NCBI GenBank assembly: GCA_963753395.1
Contig: CAVWBW010000013.1
Location: forward strand, 584,686 to 648,685
Direction of reading: 5' to 3'
DNA: 64,000 nt
Origin: an uncultured delta proteobacterium
GTDB taxonomy: Bacteria > Myxococcota_A > Polyangia > Polyangiales > Houyiibacteriaceae
Numbering within the stretch: position 1 is the stretch's first letter; each line of letters opens with the position of its first letter. The translations under genes and the position numbers were made by a program. Below, one piece after another: positions 9,286-18,407 of this stretch. The notes beneath the pieces were generated by a model. It ran no database searches. It was not told the origin of the DNA and was given only the letters and a program-made list of their open reading frames with translations.

Positions 9286-10335
9286 TCAGAACTGGTAGGC
9301 CGCGCGGAGATCGGAATCCTTCTCGGCCAGATTGCGGGCGAGATCCACCATCACCTGGCACTGCTTGTAGGTGGCGTCGTCCTGCATCTTGCCGTCGATC
9401 ATCACAGCGCCCGTCCCGTCGCCCATCTCTTCGATGACGCGCTTCGCCCAAAGCACTTCGTCGACCGGTGGGCTGAACACCTTCTTCGCAATGTCGATCT
9501 GCACGGGGTGGAGCGACCATGCGCCGACGCATCCGAGGAGGAACGCGTTTCGGAACTGGTCTTCGCAGGCAACCGTGTCGCGAATGTCGCCGAAGGGCCC
9601 GTAGTACGCGAAGATCCCATTGGCGACACACGCGTCGACCATACGCGCGATGGTGTAGTGCCAGAGGTCCTGCTGAGCCGTGGCTCGGGGCGCCTCGGCG
9701 TCGTCTGGATTCGGGTCCTCACGAACGAGGTAGCCTGGGTGGCCGCCGCCGACGCGAGTCGTCTTCATGCGCCGCGATGCCGCGAGGTCGGCCGGGCCGA
9801 GGCTCAGGCCTTGCATGCGCGGGCTCGCACCCGCGATCTCCTCGACGTTGGCCACACCGAGGGCCGTCTCTAGAATCGCATGCACGAGGATCGGCCGTTT
9901 CACGCCGCCGCGGGCCTCGAGCTGAGCGAGCAAGCGATCGACGAAGTGGATGTCCCAGGGCCCCTCGACCTTGGGAACCATGATCACGTCGACCTTGTCG
10001 CCCACCTGCCCAACGATCTCGGTCACGTCGTCGAGAAACCATGGGCTGTCCAAGCTGTTGACGCGGGTCCAGAGCTGGCAGTCGCCGAAGTCGTTGTCCT
10101 TCGCGATTTGGATGAAGCCCTCGCGCGCCGCGACCTTGTTGTCGGCTTGGACCGCGTCTTCGAGGTTGCCGAGGAGCACGTCGCACTTCGCCGCGATGCT
10201 CGGCGCCTTGGCCGCCATCTTGGGATTGCTCGGGTCGAAGAAGTGGATCATTCGCGATGGCCGAAACGGGATCTCACGAGCGGGCTCGGGCGCCCCGATG
10301 GCCATGGGCTTGAAGAAGTCCCTGGGGTTTCGCAT
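9286..10335 (-). CDS. mcl: Malyl-CoA / beta-methylmalyl-CoA lyase-like protein (HpcH/CitE family, long form)
   Basis: 349 aa. Contains [11 protein letters not shown]...GNLEDAV...[15 protein letters not shown]...[21 protein letters not shown]...[12 protein letters not shown]...GAWSLHP...[13 protein letters not shown]. From memory this closely resembles Chloroflexus-type Mcl; not verified by alignment. Confidence 0.75.
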   Translation of the reverse strand: MRNPRDFFKPMAIGAPEPAREIPFRPSRMIHFFDPSNPKMAAKAPSIAAKCDVLLGNLEDAVQADNKVAAREGFIQIAKDNDFGDCQLWTRVNSLDSPWFLDDVTEIVGQVGDKVDVIMVPKVEGPWDIHFVDRLLAQLEARGGVKRPILVHAILETALGVANVEEIAGASPRMQGLSLGPADLAASRRMKTTRVGGGHPGYLVREDPNPDDAEAPRATAQQDLWHYTIARMVDACVANGIFAYYGPFGDIRDTVACEDQFRNAFLLGCVGAWSLHPVQIDIAKKVFSPPVDEVLWAKRVIEEMGDGTGAVMIDGKMQDDATYKQCQVMVDLARNLAEKDSDLRAAYQF

Positions 10336-10402
10336 AGCGCGCTAGGCTTAGGGTCATTTTGGGCAGATGCAAAGCGTCCGAGAAGGCTCTAGAAAGGAGC
10401 GC

Positions 10403-11275
10403 ATGGAAATCGGGATGAACCTGCCGGTGATGGCTCCAGGCCTCGACCGGGACACCTTTTTGAAGTGGTGCGAGCGCATCGACGCCGGCGTCTTCGCGAG
10501 CCTGGCCGCGGGCGAGCGGATCTCTTTCTACAACCCTGACATGACGGCCGCACTGGCGGCTGCCGCGGCGCTCACCCGGCGGGTGAAGATCGTCAGCGGC
10601 GTGTTCGTTCCGATGCTTCACCACCCGGTGATGCTGGCGAAGCAGCTTGCGACGATCGACGTGTTGTCCGGCGGGCGCTTCGTCGCAGGGCTCGGCGTCG
10701 GCGGACGCGAGCAGGACTACCAATCGGTCGACGCTCCGCTCGGTCATCGTCTCACACGGCTCGCGAAGAGCGTCGAGACGATGCAGAGCGTGTGGCGCGG
10801 TGAGCCCGTGGTCGAGGGCGCGTTTCCGGTAGGCCCTGCGCCCGTGCAAGAAGGCGGACCAAAGCTACTCGCGGGGTCGTTGATGGTCGAGTCAATCCAG
10901 GCGGCGTCGAAATGGGCCGATGGGCTATGCGGCTTCAGCTTCGGCCCTTCGCCCGCCGAGATGGAACTGCAATTCAACGCGGCACGGAGCGCATGGAAAG
11001 AGCGCGGCCGGCCGGCGCCGTGGCTCGGCACCGGATTCTGGTACGCGCTCGGCCCGAACGCGCGGGAACAACTCAACGACTACCTCGAGCGCTACCTCAA
11101 CTTCATGGCGCCCGTCGCGCGCGAGAACGTGAAACAGATCTGCATCGCGACGACCCCCGAAGCGCTCAAAACCGCCGTTCAGCAGGCCAAGGACGCAGGC
11201 GCGGACGACGTCTTGCTCGTGCCGACGACGTCCGACCCCGACGACGTCCATCGCGTCGCCGACATCCTCGCTTAG
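10403..11275 (+). CDS. Luciferase-like (LLM-class) flavin/F420-dependent oxidoreductase
   Basis: Start at ATG 10403, preceded by AAGGAG (10393-10398). LATIDVLSGGRFVAGLGVGGRE is typical of the LLM family. Confidence 0.75.
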   Translation: MEIGMNLPVMAPGLDRDTFLKWCERIDAGVFASLAAGERISFYNPDMTAALAAAAALTRRVKIVSGVFVPMLHHPVMLAKQLATIDVLSGGRFVAGLGVGGREQDYQSVDAPLGHRLTRLAKSVETMQSVWRGEPVVEGAFPVGPAPVQEGGPKLLAGSLMVESIQAASKWADGLCGFSFGPSPAEMELQFNAARSAWKERGRPAPWLGTGFWYALGPNAREQLNDYLERYLNFMAPVARENVKQICIATTPEALKTAVQQAKDAGADDVLLVPTTSDPDDVHRVADILA

Positions 11276-11278
11276 CCG

Positions 11279-12238
11279 CTACTGCACCAGGATGCAGCAC
11301 CCGGTCAGGCAGAATCCGCCCGCTGGACATGGCGGATCGCCGGGAAGCCCACAGGCCTGTACGCCGGAGCTGCAGCGGTCGCTGCTTCCGCCTGTGCCAC
11401 CGCTGCCGCCGCCGCCACCCATGCCGCCGCTACCACCGGTGCCTGGGAAGCAGTCCGCAGGAATCTCGGTCTTGCCGAGGCAGAGCTCGCAGCGCCCGCA
11501 GGTGTTGAGGCAATCTTCGTTCGGTGTGCACGGCTTGCACAGCTCCGGGTTGGTTGCATCCGCGAAGGTGCACGTACCATTGTTCTGCTCCTCCGAGCCG
11601 AGGTAGACGTAGCTGGCACCTTCGTCGAGCGTGCAGCAGCCAAAGCAGTCGCAGCCATTTGGCGTCAGTGGACCGCAGAGCGGAAGGCAAGTCTCGGGCT
11701 GTGGTTCCGCGCAGATGCCCAGTGCGGGTGTTGTGGACGGACACTGGGGCACCGGCGACTCTTCGTAGCAGCTATAATCCCAGCAACAGTCGCCGCCTCC
11801 GCAGCCGTTCCCGCCGTCGAAGTAACAATCGGCTTGGCACTGATTGCCAGTCGTTCCCGGCGTGCCAGTGGTGAGGACAGGCCCCTCGGTGTTGTCGCAC
11901 GGGCCGAGGCACTCCGGATCCTTGTCATCGATGAGCCCATCGGGGACCTCGTCGTTGTCTATACAGTCGCCGCACTCATAAAGTTTCCCGTCAGGGCACC
12001 GTGCCTCGAAACATCCGCCGACTGCCCCGCCAACGCCGGCACTGCCTCCAGACCCGACGCTTCCCCCGGTGCCGGTCATCCCCCCGATGCCGGCTGCTCC
12101 ACCATTGCCGGCATTTCCGCCCGCTCCGGTACCTCCTGTGCCGCTACGGTTGTCGCCGGCCGAGTCGCCACTACAAGCAGCGAGAGCCAAGCAACAGAGG
12201 ACGCACAACGAGAAAGCAAAATTCTTTTGGAACTGCAT
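11279..12238 (-). CDS. Secreted cysteine-rich, glycine-rich lipoprotein (unknown function)
   Basis: Signal peptide plus lipobox (LALAAC). Gly-rich linkers flank a core with about 34 Cys by my count, in CxxC/CC patterns. Confidence 0.6.
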   Translation of the reverse strand: MQFQKNFAFSLCVLCCLALAACSGDSAGDNRSGTGGTGAGGNAGNGGAAGIGGMTGTGGSVGSGGSAGVGGAVGGCFEARCPDGKLYECGDCIDNDEVPDGLIDDKDPECLGPCDNTEGPVLTTGTPGTTGNQCQADCYFDGGNGCGGGDCCWDYSCYEESPVPQCPSTTPALGICAEPQPETCLPLCGPLTPNGCDCFGCCTLDEGASYVYLGSEEQNNGTCTFADATNPELCKPCTPNEDCLNTCGRCELCLGKTEIPADCFPGTGGSGGMGGGGGSGGTGGSSDRCSSGVQACGLPGDPPCPAGGFCLTGCCILVQ

Positions 12239-12344
12239 TTTTCTAGTTTAGGCAATGCCGACGGGGCCGGCCAAAGATTTTGCGACGACCCTGGGCACGC
12301 CACGCCGACCCCTCTGCATGGTATAAGCCCCGAGCTGAGGAGGT

Positions 12345-12608
12345 ATGCAGATGAGGGCCGTAATTATTGCGTTTTTTGTACTGGGGGCATTCGTCGGGGG
12401 CCTGGCGGTGTTCGGCACCGGATCGGTTTCTGCGGACCGTCCACCCAAGAAGAGCCAATGGCAGTACCAGTGCTTCGAAGCCGACGGCGTCACTCAGGTC
12501 ACCGCGCGCTCCAACAAGATGGGGGAGGAGGGCTGGGAGCTCGTGACGTCTGCCGGCACCAAGTCCGAGACCCTCTGGTGCTTCAAGCGCCCGCTCTGGA
12601 AACCGTAG
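12345..12608 (+). CDS. Small membrane-anchored hypothetical protein
   Basis: 87 aa. Strong SD (GAGGAGG) just upstream of the ATG. N-terminal TM helix AVIIAFFVLGAFVGGLAVFG. The C-terminal GWELV-containing domain is DUF4177-like (weak). Confidence 0.55.
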   Translation: MQMRAVIIAFFVLGAFVGGLAVFGTGSVSADRPPKKSQWQYQCFEADGVTQVTARSNKMGEEGWELVTSAGTKSETLWCFKRPLWKP

Positions 12609-12639
12609 GCTCCCGGACCGCAAGCGGGGAGGCAAGGCG

Positions 12640-14121
12640 ATGAGAGCCGTACCGCCCATCCGAGTGCGCGCGCTGAACGAACGCGAGCTCCGAGGCGGCG
12701 ACTACGTCCTTTATTGGATGGTCGCCGTTCGACGCCCGCGCTGGAGCTTTGCCCTCCAGCACGCCTCTGCGCGCGCCGCGGAGCTCGGCAAGCCGCTCGT
12801 CATCCTGGAGGCTCTCCGGGTCGGCTACCCGTGGGCCAGCGATCGACTTCATCAATTCATCCTCGACGGCATGCGGGCCAACCACGGGTGGCTTTCCGAG
12901 AGGAACGCCGTCTACTATCCGTACGTCGAGCCGGAGCACGGTGCGGGCCGCGGCTTGCTGGCCGCCCTGGCTGAGAACGCATGCCTCGTCGTCAGCGACG
13001 ACTACCCCGCGTTCTTCATCCCAAGGATGCAACGCGCCGCGGCCGATCGAATCGATGCCCGGCTCGAAGTCGTCGACGGCAACGGTCTGCTTCCCCTCCG
13101 GGCCGCCGACAAGGTGTTCAGCCGAGCATTCGACTTTCGGCGCTTCCTCCAGAAGACACTCCCGGCACACCTGGGGGAGCAGCCACTCGAAGACCCTCTC
13201 GTCGATCTTCCGCCGCCGCCCAATGGTTTCGAAAGCGAGCTGAGGTCGCGATTGAAGACTTGGCCGGAAGCCTCGAGGGCGGTGCTCGCAGGGGACACAC
13301 TCGCGACGCTCCCCATCGACCACAGCGTGCCACCGGCTGACTTCGAAGGGGGCTTCGAGGCCGGCGAGCAACGGATGTTCGACTTCCTCGACGGCTCCTT
13401 CAACCGCTACGCCGAAGATCGCAACCACCCGGATGACGGCTCCGCGAGCGGCCTTTCTCCCTGGCTGCACTTCGGCCACGTCTCTACCCATCAGATCTTC
13501 CACGAGATCGCGAGCAACGAGGGCTGGTCGGTCGACCGCCTCGCCGCCAAGCCCAAGGGCGCGCGCGCCGGGTGGTGGGGGATGAGCGAGAACGCCGAAG
13601 CCTTCCTAGACGAGCTGGTGACCTGGCGCGAGGTCGGTTTCAACATGTGCGCGCACAACCCTCACTTCGATCAGTACGAATCGCTCCCCGAGTGGGCGCG
13701 AAGGAGCCTTGCGGAGCACGAAGGCGACCCGCGCCCACACTTGTACACGGGCGAGGAGCTCGAACAGGCGGATACGCACGACCACGTCTGGAACGCAGCG
13801 CAGATGGAGCTCGTTCAGACCGGACGCATGCACAACTACCTCCGCATGCTCTGGGGCAAGCGAATCCTGGAGTGGTCCCCCACGGCCCGCGACGCGCTGG
13901 CCACCATGATCGAATTGAACAACAAGTACGCCGTCGACGGCCGCGATCCAAACAGCTACTCCGGGATCTTTTGGGTCCTCGGTCGCTACGACCGCGCGTG
14001 GGGCCCGGAGCGCCCGATCTTCGGGAAGATCCGCTACATGAGCTCGGCAAACACCCTGAGAAAGCTTCGAATGAGCGACTATCTAGCTCGCTTTGGCGGG
14101 CAAGCTGAGCTATTTGATTGA
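12640..14121 (+). CDS. phr: Deoxyribodipyrimidine photolyase, class II (CPD photolyase)
   Basis: 493 aa. N-terminus YVLYWMVAVRRPRWSFALQHA and C-terminus NYLRMLWGKRILEW...YSGIFWVLGRYDRAWGPERPIFGKIRYMS are characteristic of class II photolyases. Confidence 0.85.
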   Translation: MRAVPPIRVRALNERELRGGDYVLYWMVAVRRPRWSFALQHASARAAELGKPLVILEALRVGYPWASDRLHQFILDGMRANHGWLSERNAVYYPYVEPEHGAGRGLLAALAENACLVVSDDYPAFFIPRMQRAAADRIDARLEVVDGNGLLPLRAADKVFSRAFDFRRFLQKTLPAHLGEQPLEDPLVDLPPPPNGFESELRSRLKTWPEASRAVLAGDTLATLPIDHSVPPADFEGGFEAGEQRMFDFLDGSFNRYAEDRNHPDDGSASGLSPWLHFGHVSTHQIFHEIASNEGWSVDRLAAKPKGARAGWWGMSENAEAFLDELVTWREVGFNMCAHNPHFDQYESLPEWARRSLAEHEGDPRPHLYTGEELEQADTHDHVWNAAQMELVQTGRMHNYLRMLWGKRILEWSPTARDALATMIELNNKYAVDGRDPNSYSGIFWVLGRYDRAWGPERPIFGKIRYMSSANTLRKLRMSDYLARFGGQAELFD

Positions 14122-14141
14122 GCGTAAGGCGACCCGGGCAC

Positions 14142-14990
14142 ATGTCGTTCTTGGATGATCCACAAGTCAGGCGAAACGTAGATCGCCTCCCCATCGAGTT
14201 CGACGACTACGGTTTCGATCGGTTCGGCCTTTCGAAGAAGGCGCTCGTCCGCGCGTACTCGCCGATGGCGCTGATGTACCGGCGCTATCTCAAGGTCACC
14301 GCGTTCGGGCTGGGGAACGTGCCGGCGAAAGGTCGGGCGCTCGTGGTGGCCAATCACTCGGGAGGGCTCGGCGCCGATGCGGCCATGATCTTCAGCTCGT
14401 TGTTGCTCAACGACGAAGCGCCCCGGCTCGGCCAAGGCATGGCCGATTACTTCCTCACTCGATCTCCGTTCTCGGGCCCGGCCCTCACTAAGCTAGGGCA
14501 TCTTACTGGCCTCCCGGAGCATGGCGAGCAGCTGCTCAACGACGAGCGCTTGCTGGTCGTGTTTCCCGAGGGCGCGCGCGGCGCCGGCAAGCTCTACAGA
14601 GATCGATACAAGCTCGTGCGTTTCGGCACCGGCTTCATGCGGCTCGCCCTCAAGATGAGCGCGCCGATCATCCCCTGCGCTTTCATCGGCGGCGAGGAGT
14701 CGTTCCCGCAGCTCTTTCACATCAAGTGGCTGGCGAAGCTCGTCGGCGGGCCTTTCGTGCCGGTGGCGCCGCAATTGGTCTACTTCCCACTTCCGGTCGC
14801 CTGCCAAGTCTACTACGGCCCGCCCATGCGCTTCGATGGGGATGGGTCGGAGCCCGACCACGTCATTCAGCAATACGTCGACGACGTGCGGCACTCGATG
14901 GAACGCCTCATCAGCAGCGGGCTCGACGCTCGCCCTCAGGCCTTCATGTTCGAGCGCATGCCCGATCCGGAGAAAGAACGCAGGCCATGA
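14142..14990 (+). CDS. PlsC-family (lysophospholipid/1-acylglycerol-3-phosphate) acyltransferase-like protein
   Basis: VVANHSGGLGADA (HX4D-like block) and VVFPEGARG (FPEGxR block). An alternative TTG start at 14118 overlaps the photolyase stop. Confidence 0.65.
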   Translation: MSFLDDPQVRRNVDRLPIEFDDYGFDRFGLSKKALVRAYSPMALMYRRYLKVTAFGLGNVPAKGRALVVANHSGGLGADAAMIFSSLLLNDEAPRLGQGMADYFLTRSPFSGPALTKLGHLTGLPEHGEQLLNDERLLVVFPEGARGAGKLYRDRYKLVRFGTGFMRLALKMSAPIIPCAFIGGEESFPQLFHIKWLAKLVGGPFVPVAPQLVYFPLPVACQVYYGPPMRFDGDGSEPDHVIQQYVDDVRHSMERLISSGLDARPQAFMFERMPDPEKERRP

Positions 14991-15898
14991 AGATCTTGAT
15001 CACCGGTATCAGCGGGACGCTGGCGCGCGGCGTGGCGTACCGGCTCACGCGGCGCGGGCACAAGGTCATCGGCATCGACCGCCGCCCGTGGCCCGACGTA
15101 CCCGAGGGCGTCGAAATGCATCAAGCCGACATCCGGAAACGACCCGCCGAAGACGTCTTCCGCATCTCGAAGCCCGACGCGCTCATCCACATGGCCACCG
15201 TGACGCACTTCACGACCGAAACCGAGGAGCGCTACCGCATCAACCTCGGCGGCACGCGAAAGCTCTTCGAGTACTGCCACGAGTACGGCGTAAAGCAGGC
15301 GGTCTTCGTCGGCCGCCACACCATCTACGGCGCCACACCCGACTCGCCGCTCTATCACACCGAGGACGAGCCTCCGCTCGCAGGCGCCGCGTTCAAGGAG
15401 CTCGCCGACCTCGTCGCGGCGGACCTCTACGCGGGGAGCGCTCTTTGGCGTTGGCCGGAGCTCAACACCGCGGTCCTTCGGCTCTGCTACTTCCTCGGCC
15501 CGAGCCGTGGCGGCACGCTCGCCGGCTTCCTCTCGAAGAGCAAGGTGCCGCTCGTCATGGGCTTCGATCCGCTCTACCAACTCATGCACGAATGGGACGC
15601 CGAAGAGGCGATTACGCTCGCGGTAGAACGGCAGCTCCGCGGCGTTTTCAACGTCGCAGGTCCGCCGCCCGTCCCTCTTTCGACCGTCTGCGAGGCCACG
15701 GGCAAGCGGGCGATTCCGATTCCGGAGCCCCTCTACCCGACCGTCCTCGGTCGCTTCGGCTTCCCGTACCTCCCGCCGAACGCGATCGCCCACGTGAAGT
15801 ACCCGATCGTCATCGACAACTCCGCTTTCGTCGAAGCCACCGGCTTCGAGCCACGCTACACGGCCAAGCAGACCATGGAAGGGTTCCGCTGGAACTAG
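14987..15898 (+). CDS. NAD-dependent epimerase/dehydratase (extended SDR)
   Basis: Starts MKILITGISGTLARGVA (GxxGxxG). The ATG overlaps the upstream stop (ATGA at 14987-14990). Confidence 0.8.
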   Translation: MKILITGISGTLARGVAYRLTRRGHKVIGIDRRPWPDVPEGVEMHQADIRKRPAEDVFRISKPDALIHMATVTHFTTETEERYRINLGGTRKLFEYCHEYGVKQAVFVGRHTIYGATPDSPLYHTEDEPPLAGAAFKELADLVAADLYAGSALWRWPELNTAVLRLCYFLGPSRGGTLAGFLSKSKVPLVMGFDPLYQLMHEWDAEEAITLAVERQLRGVFNVAGPPPVPLSTVCEATGKRAIPIPEPLYPTVLGRFGFPYLPPNAIAHVKYPIVIDNSAFVEATGFEPRYTAKQTMEGFRWN

Positions 15899-15901
15899 GC
15901 T

Positions 15902-17341
15902 CTAGTTCGCGGAAGGATTGACCGCAGCTTCGCAAGCTTCCTCGTCGTAAGGAGGCGTACACGGAACGTAGGGGCCCTCGCCTTCTTCCTCGAAGTGGCT
16001 CTCGAGCGGCTCATCGTCGTTGAGCAGATTCTCGACGTAGTCGCGTAGGTTCATGTCGCCGATCTCGCTGCCGAGCCACGCGAGCGCGCCAAAGTCGTTC
16101 TGGAAGAGGTCGAGCGCTTCGCCGATGGAGACATCCTCGAATCCCGGAACCGTCACGCAGTGACTGCTGTTGGTGTTTCGCCAAAACGGCAGGTAGTAGC
16201 CCAGGTTGCTCTTCCCATCGTACTGGCTCCGCAGCAGCGCGATGTCGTCCCACCACAGGGTGTGCACCGCGGAGCGGTCGAGGGAGAGATCCTGATCGAG
16301 CCCCAAACCCGAGTCCTCCGCGAATGGCACGATCGGCTTGACCGTCTCCGGGTTCTCGCGTGTCCAAAACCGCTCGTAGGAGTAGAGCGAGAAGTTGTAG
16401 TCGAGCCGAAACATCGTCGTCGCGAAACGATCCTCGGGAAACTCCTCGGCGAGTACCGCGCTCAAGGCACCGAAGTCCCCGGCAAGTCGCTCCGACTGCG
16501 GCGCCTCGGCGATCAAGGCGTCGGCATCCCAGACGTCTCGAACCTCTTGATGTAGGAGGAACGACCGTGAGGTCGGCTCGACGCTGGGGTAGATCGGCCC
16601 GGAGTCGTCGAGCAGGTAACCCTTCTGCACGCCCTCGATGCCGGTGCGCAAGAAGTAATAGTTGACGATCGCGCCGGCACCGCCTGCGCTGCAGCCCCCG
16701 ACGAACATCTTCGGCACAGTGCGGAACATGTCATTCAGCATCTCGGTCATCTTAAGCACGTTGGTGTGCCCCTGATGCGCGAACACAGCATCCTCTTCGA
16801 TCCCATCGGGGTCTTCGTACGTGTTCGTCACGGAACCCGAGTAGACGTCGCCCGTGCAGTAGGGAACGAAGACCTTGTTCCAATCGGCCATGGGGCTCAC
16901 ATCGGGGTCATCATTCATCAGCGGATAGATCTGGTTCACGTTAATCGTGAGTCCTGCGACCTCGGCATGGTTGTTCGCGTAGTCGTCGGGCAAGCCGTTG
17001 GGGTTGGCCGCGCCGCGCGCGCCACCCGAGACACAACTCTCGTAGTCCCAGCAGCCGCCTCCACCCATGAAGAACACGATGACGTTGTCCGACGTTTCGG
17101 AGAATTCGACGTAGAAGGCGTACGGACTGCCATCACTGCAAACCGCGCCTTCAGGCTCGTACTTCACCCACGTGCCGAGCTCGGGGGGCTCGAACCCGGA
17201 GCCCGCTCCGCCACCGATACCGCCCGTACCCGCCGCGCCGCCACTGCCAGCCGCTGCGTTGCTGTCGCTGCCGCACCCGGCAATGAGCGAAGCAAAAACC
17301 AAGCTACAACCAAGAAAACTAAGAAGAGTTCGAAAAATCAT
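15902..17341 (-). CDS. Secreted lipoprotein esterase of the pectin acetylesterase / Notum-like family
   Basis: Start at MIFRTLLSFLGCSLVFASLIAGC (lipobox). Has the motifs FFMGGGGCWDYESC, VPYCTGDVYSG and GGCSAGGAGA (GxSxG nucleophile). Confidence 0.65.
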   Translation of the reverse strand: MIFRTLLSFLGCSLVFASLIAGCGSDSNAAAGSGGAAGTGGIGGGAGSGFEPPELGTWVKYEPEGAVCSDGSPYAFYVEFSETSDNVIVFFMGGGGCWDYESCVSGGARGAANPNGLPDDYANNHAEVAGLTINVNQIYPLMNDDPDVSPMADWNKVFVPYCTGDVYSGSVTNTYEDPDGIEEDAVFAHQGHTNVLKMTEMLNDMFRTVPKMFVGGCSAGGAGAIVNYYFLRTGIEGVQKGYLLDDSGPIYPSVEPTSRSFLLHQEVRDVWDADALIAEAPQSERLAGDFGALSAVLAEEFPEDRFATTMFRLDYNFSLYSYERFWTRENPETVKPIVPFAEDSGLGLDQDLSLDRSAVHTLWWDDIALLRSQYDGKSNLGYYLPFWRNTNSSHCVTVPGFEDVSIGEALDLFQNDFGALAWLGSEIGDMNLRDYVENLLNDDEPLESHFEEEGEGPYVPCTPPYDEEACEAAVNPSAN

Positions 17342-17425
17342 GGCGTTAACGGTATCACCGAATCGCGGGCGGTCTAGCCCTGTTTCTTCCGCACTCGATC
17401 GACGGGGTGGTAATTTCTGAACTAG

Positions 17426-18316
17426 ATGGAACCTCCCGACGCACCGCCGCCTCAATCAGACCCGATCGAACCGCGACCTGCAGAGCCCGCTTTCCCGCTG
17501 ACGCGCAGCGACTACAACCTTTCTGACCTCCTGTCGCGCGCGTCGGAAGCCTGGTCGCGTGACCTCGGCGCGTGGGTGCTCGCGATGCTCCTCTACCTGC
17601 TCATTGGTGTCGGCATCCCGATGATGCTTGGCTTCTTCTCCGGCTTCGTCCTCGGGTTTGAAGGCTCCGACTCCGATTGGTCTGGGGTTCGCATGTTCAT
17701 CGAGGGCGCTGCGCAGATCATCCAGCTCGTGCTCGGCGCGATCTTCACGCTTGGGTTCTGGGCGATGGCACTTCAAGGCCTTCACGGTGAGCCCGCACGA
17801 GTTGGCGCCTTGTTCAGTCAGCTCTCGAAGATTTGGAAGTACATCCTGCAGTCCCTCGTGCTCGGGATCGGGCTCATTCTGATCGTCGCCCCGATCCTTC
17901 TCATCATCTTTTTGGCATTCGTCGGCCCGGTCGATCGATCGACACCGATGTCGGAGATCATGGAGAGTGCTGGCATGCCGCTGGCGATCACGGCGCTCGT
18001 CGCGGCCCCGTTCTACATCTACGTACTCCTCGGGCTCCTCTTCGCGCAGGTGGAGCTGGCCTTCAACGACGACGCCGGACCGATCGACGCGATCATCTAC
18101 GCGTGGCGCATCGCGCGCGGCAAGCGTTGGAGCATCCTTGGCGTGACGCTCATTGGCGCGTTGATCCTGTCGGGCTCCATGATGCTATGCGGTATCGGCG
18201 TGCTCTTCGGCGCTCCCTTCGCCACGCTGCTGGCCGGCGCGCTCTACCTCGCGCTTCGGCAAGGCGCTGACGTGCCCCGAGCCAACACGGCGACGACCCT
18301 CGGCCGACGCTACTGA
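17426..18316 (+). CDS. Multi-pass integral membrane protein (unknown function)
   Basis: 296 aa with several hydrophobic helices (for example VLAMLLYLLIGVGIPMMLGFF and LVLGIGLILIVAPILLIIFLAFV). Confidence 0.6.
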   Translation: MEPPDAPPPQSDPIEPRPAEPAFPLTRSDYNLSDLLSRASEAWSRDLGAWVLAMLLYLLIGVGIPMMLGFFSGFVLGFEGSDSDWSGVRMFIEGAAQIIQLVLGAIFTLGFWAMALQGLHGEPARVGALFSQLSKIWKYILQSLVLGIGLILIVAPILLIIFLAFVGPVDRSTPMSEIMESAGMPLAITALVAAPFYIYVLLGLLFAQVELAFNDDAGPIDAIIYAWRIARGKRWSILGVTLIGALILSGSMMLCGIGVLFGAPFATLLAGALYLALRQGADVPRANTATTLGRRY

Positions 18317-18407
18317 CCGCGCGGCCCACGAAACTGGCACGCAGCTTGCGTTATTTGCCCCTGAGCGCTCGAACGCTGTGCCAGACTGCGCCTATCCCGC
18401 AGAAAGA

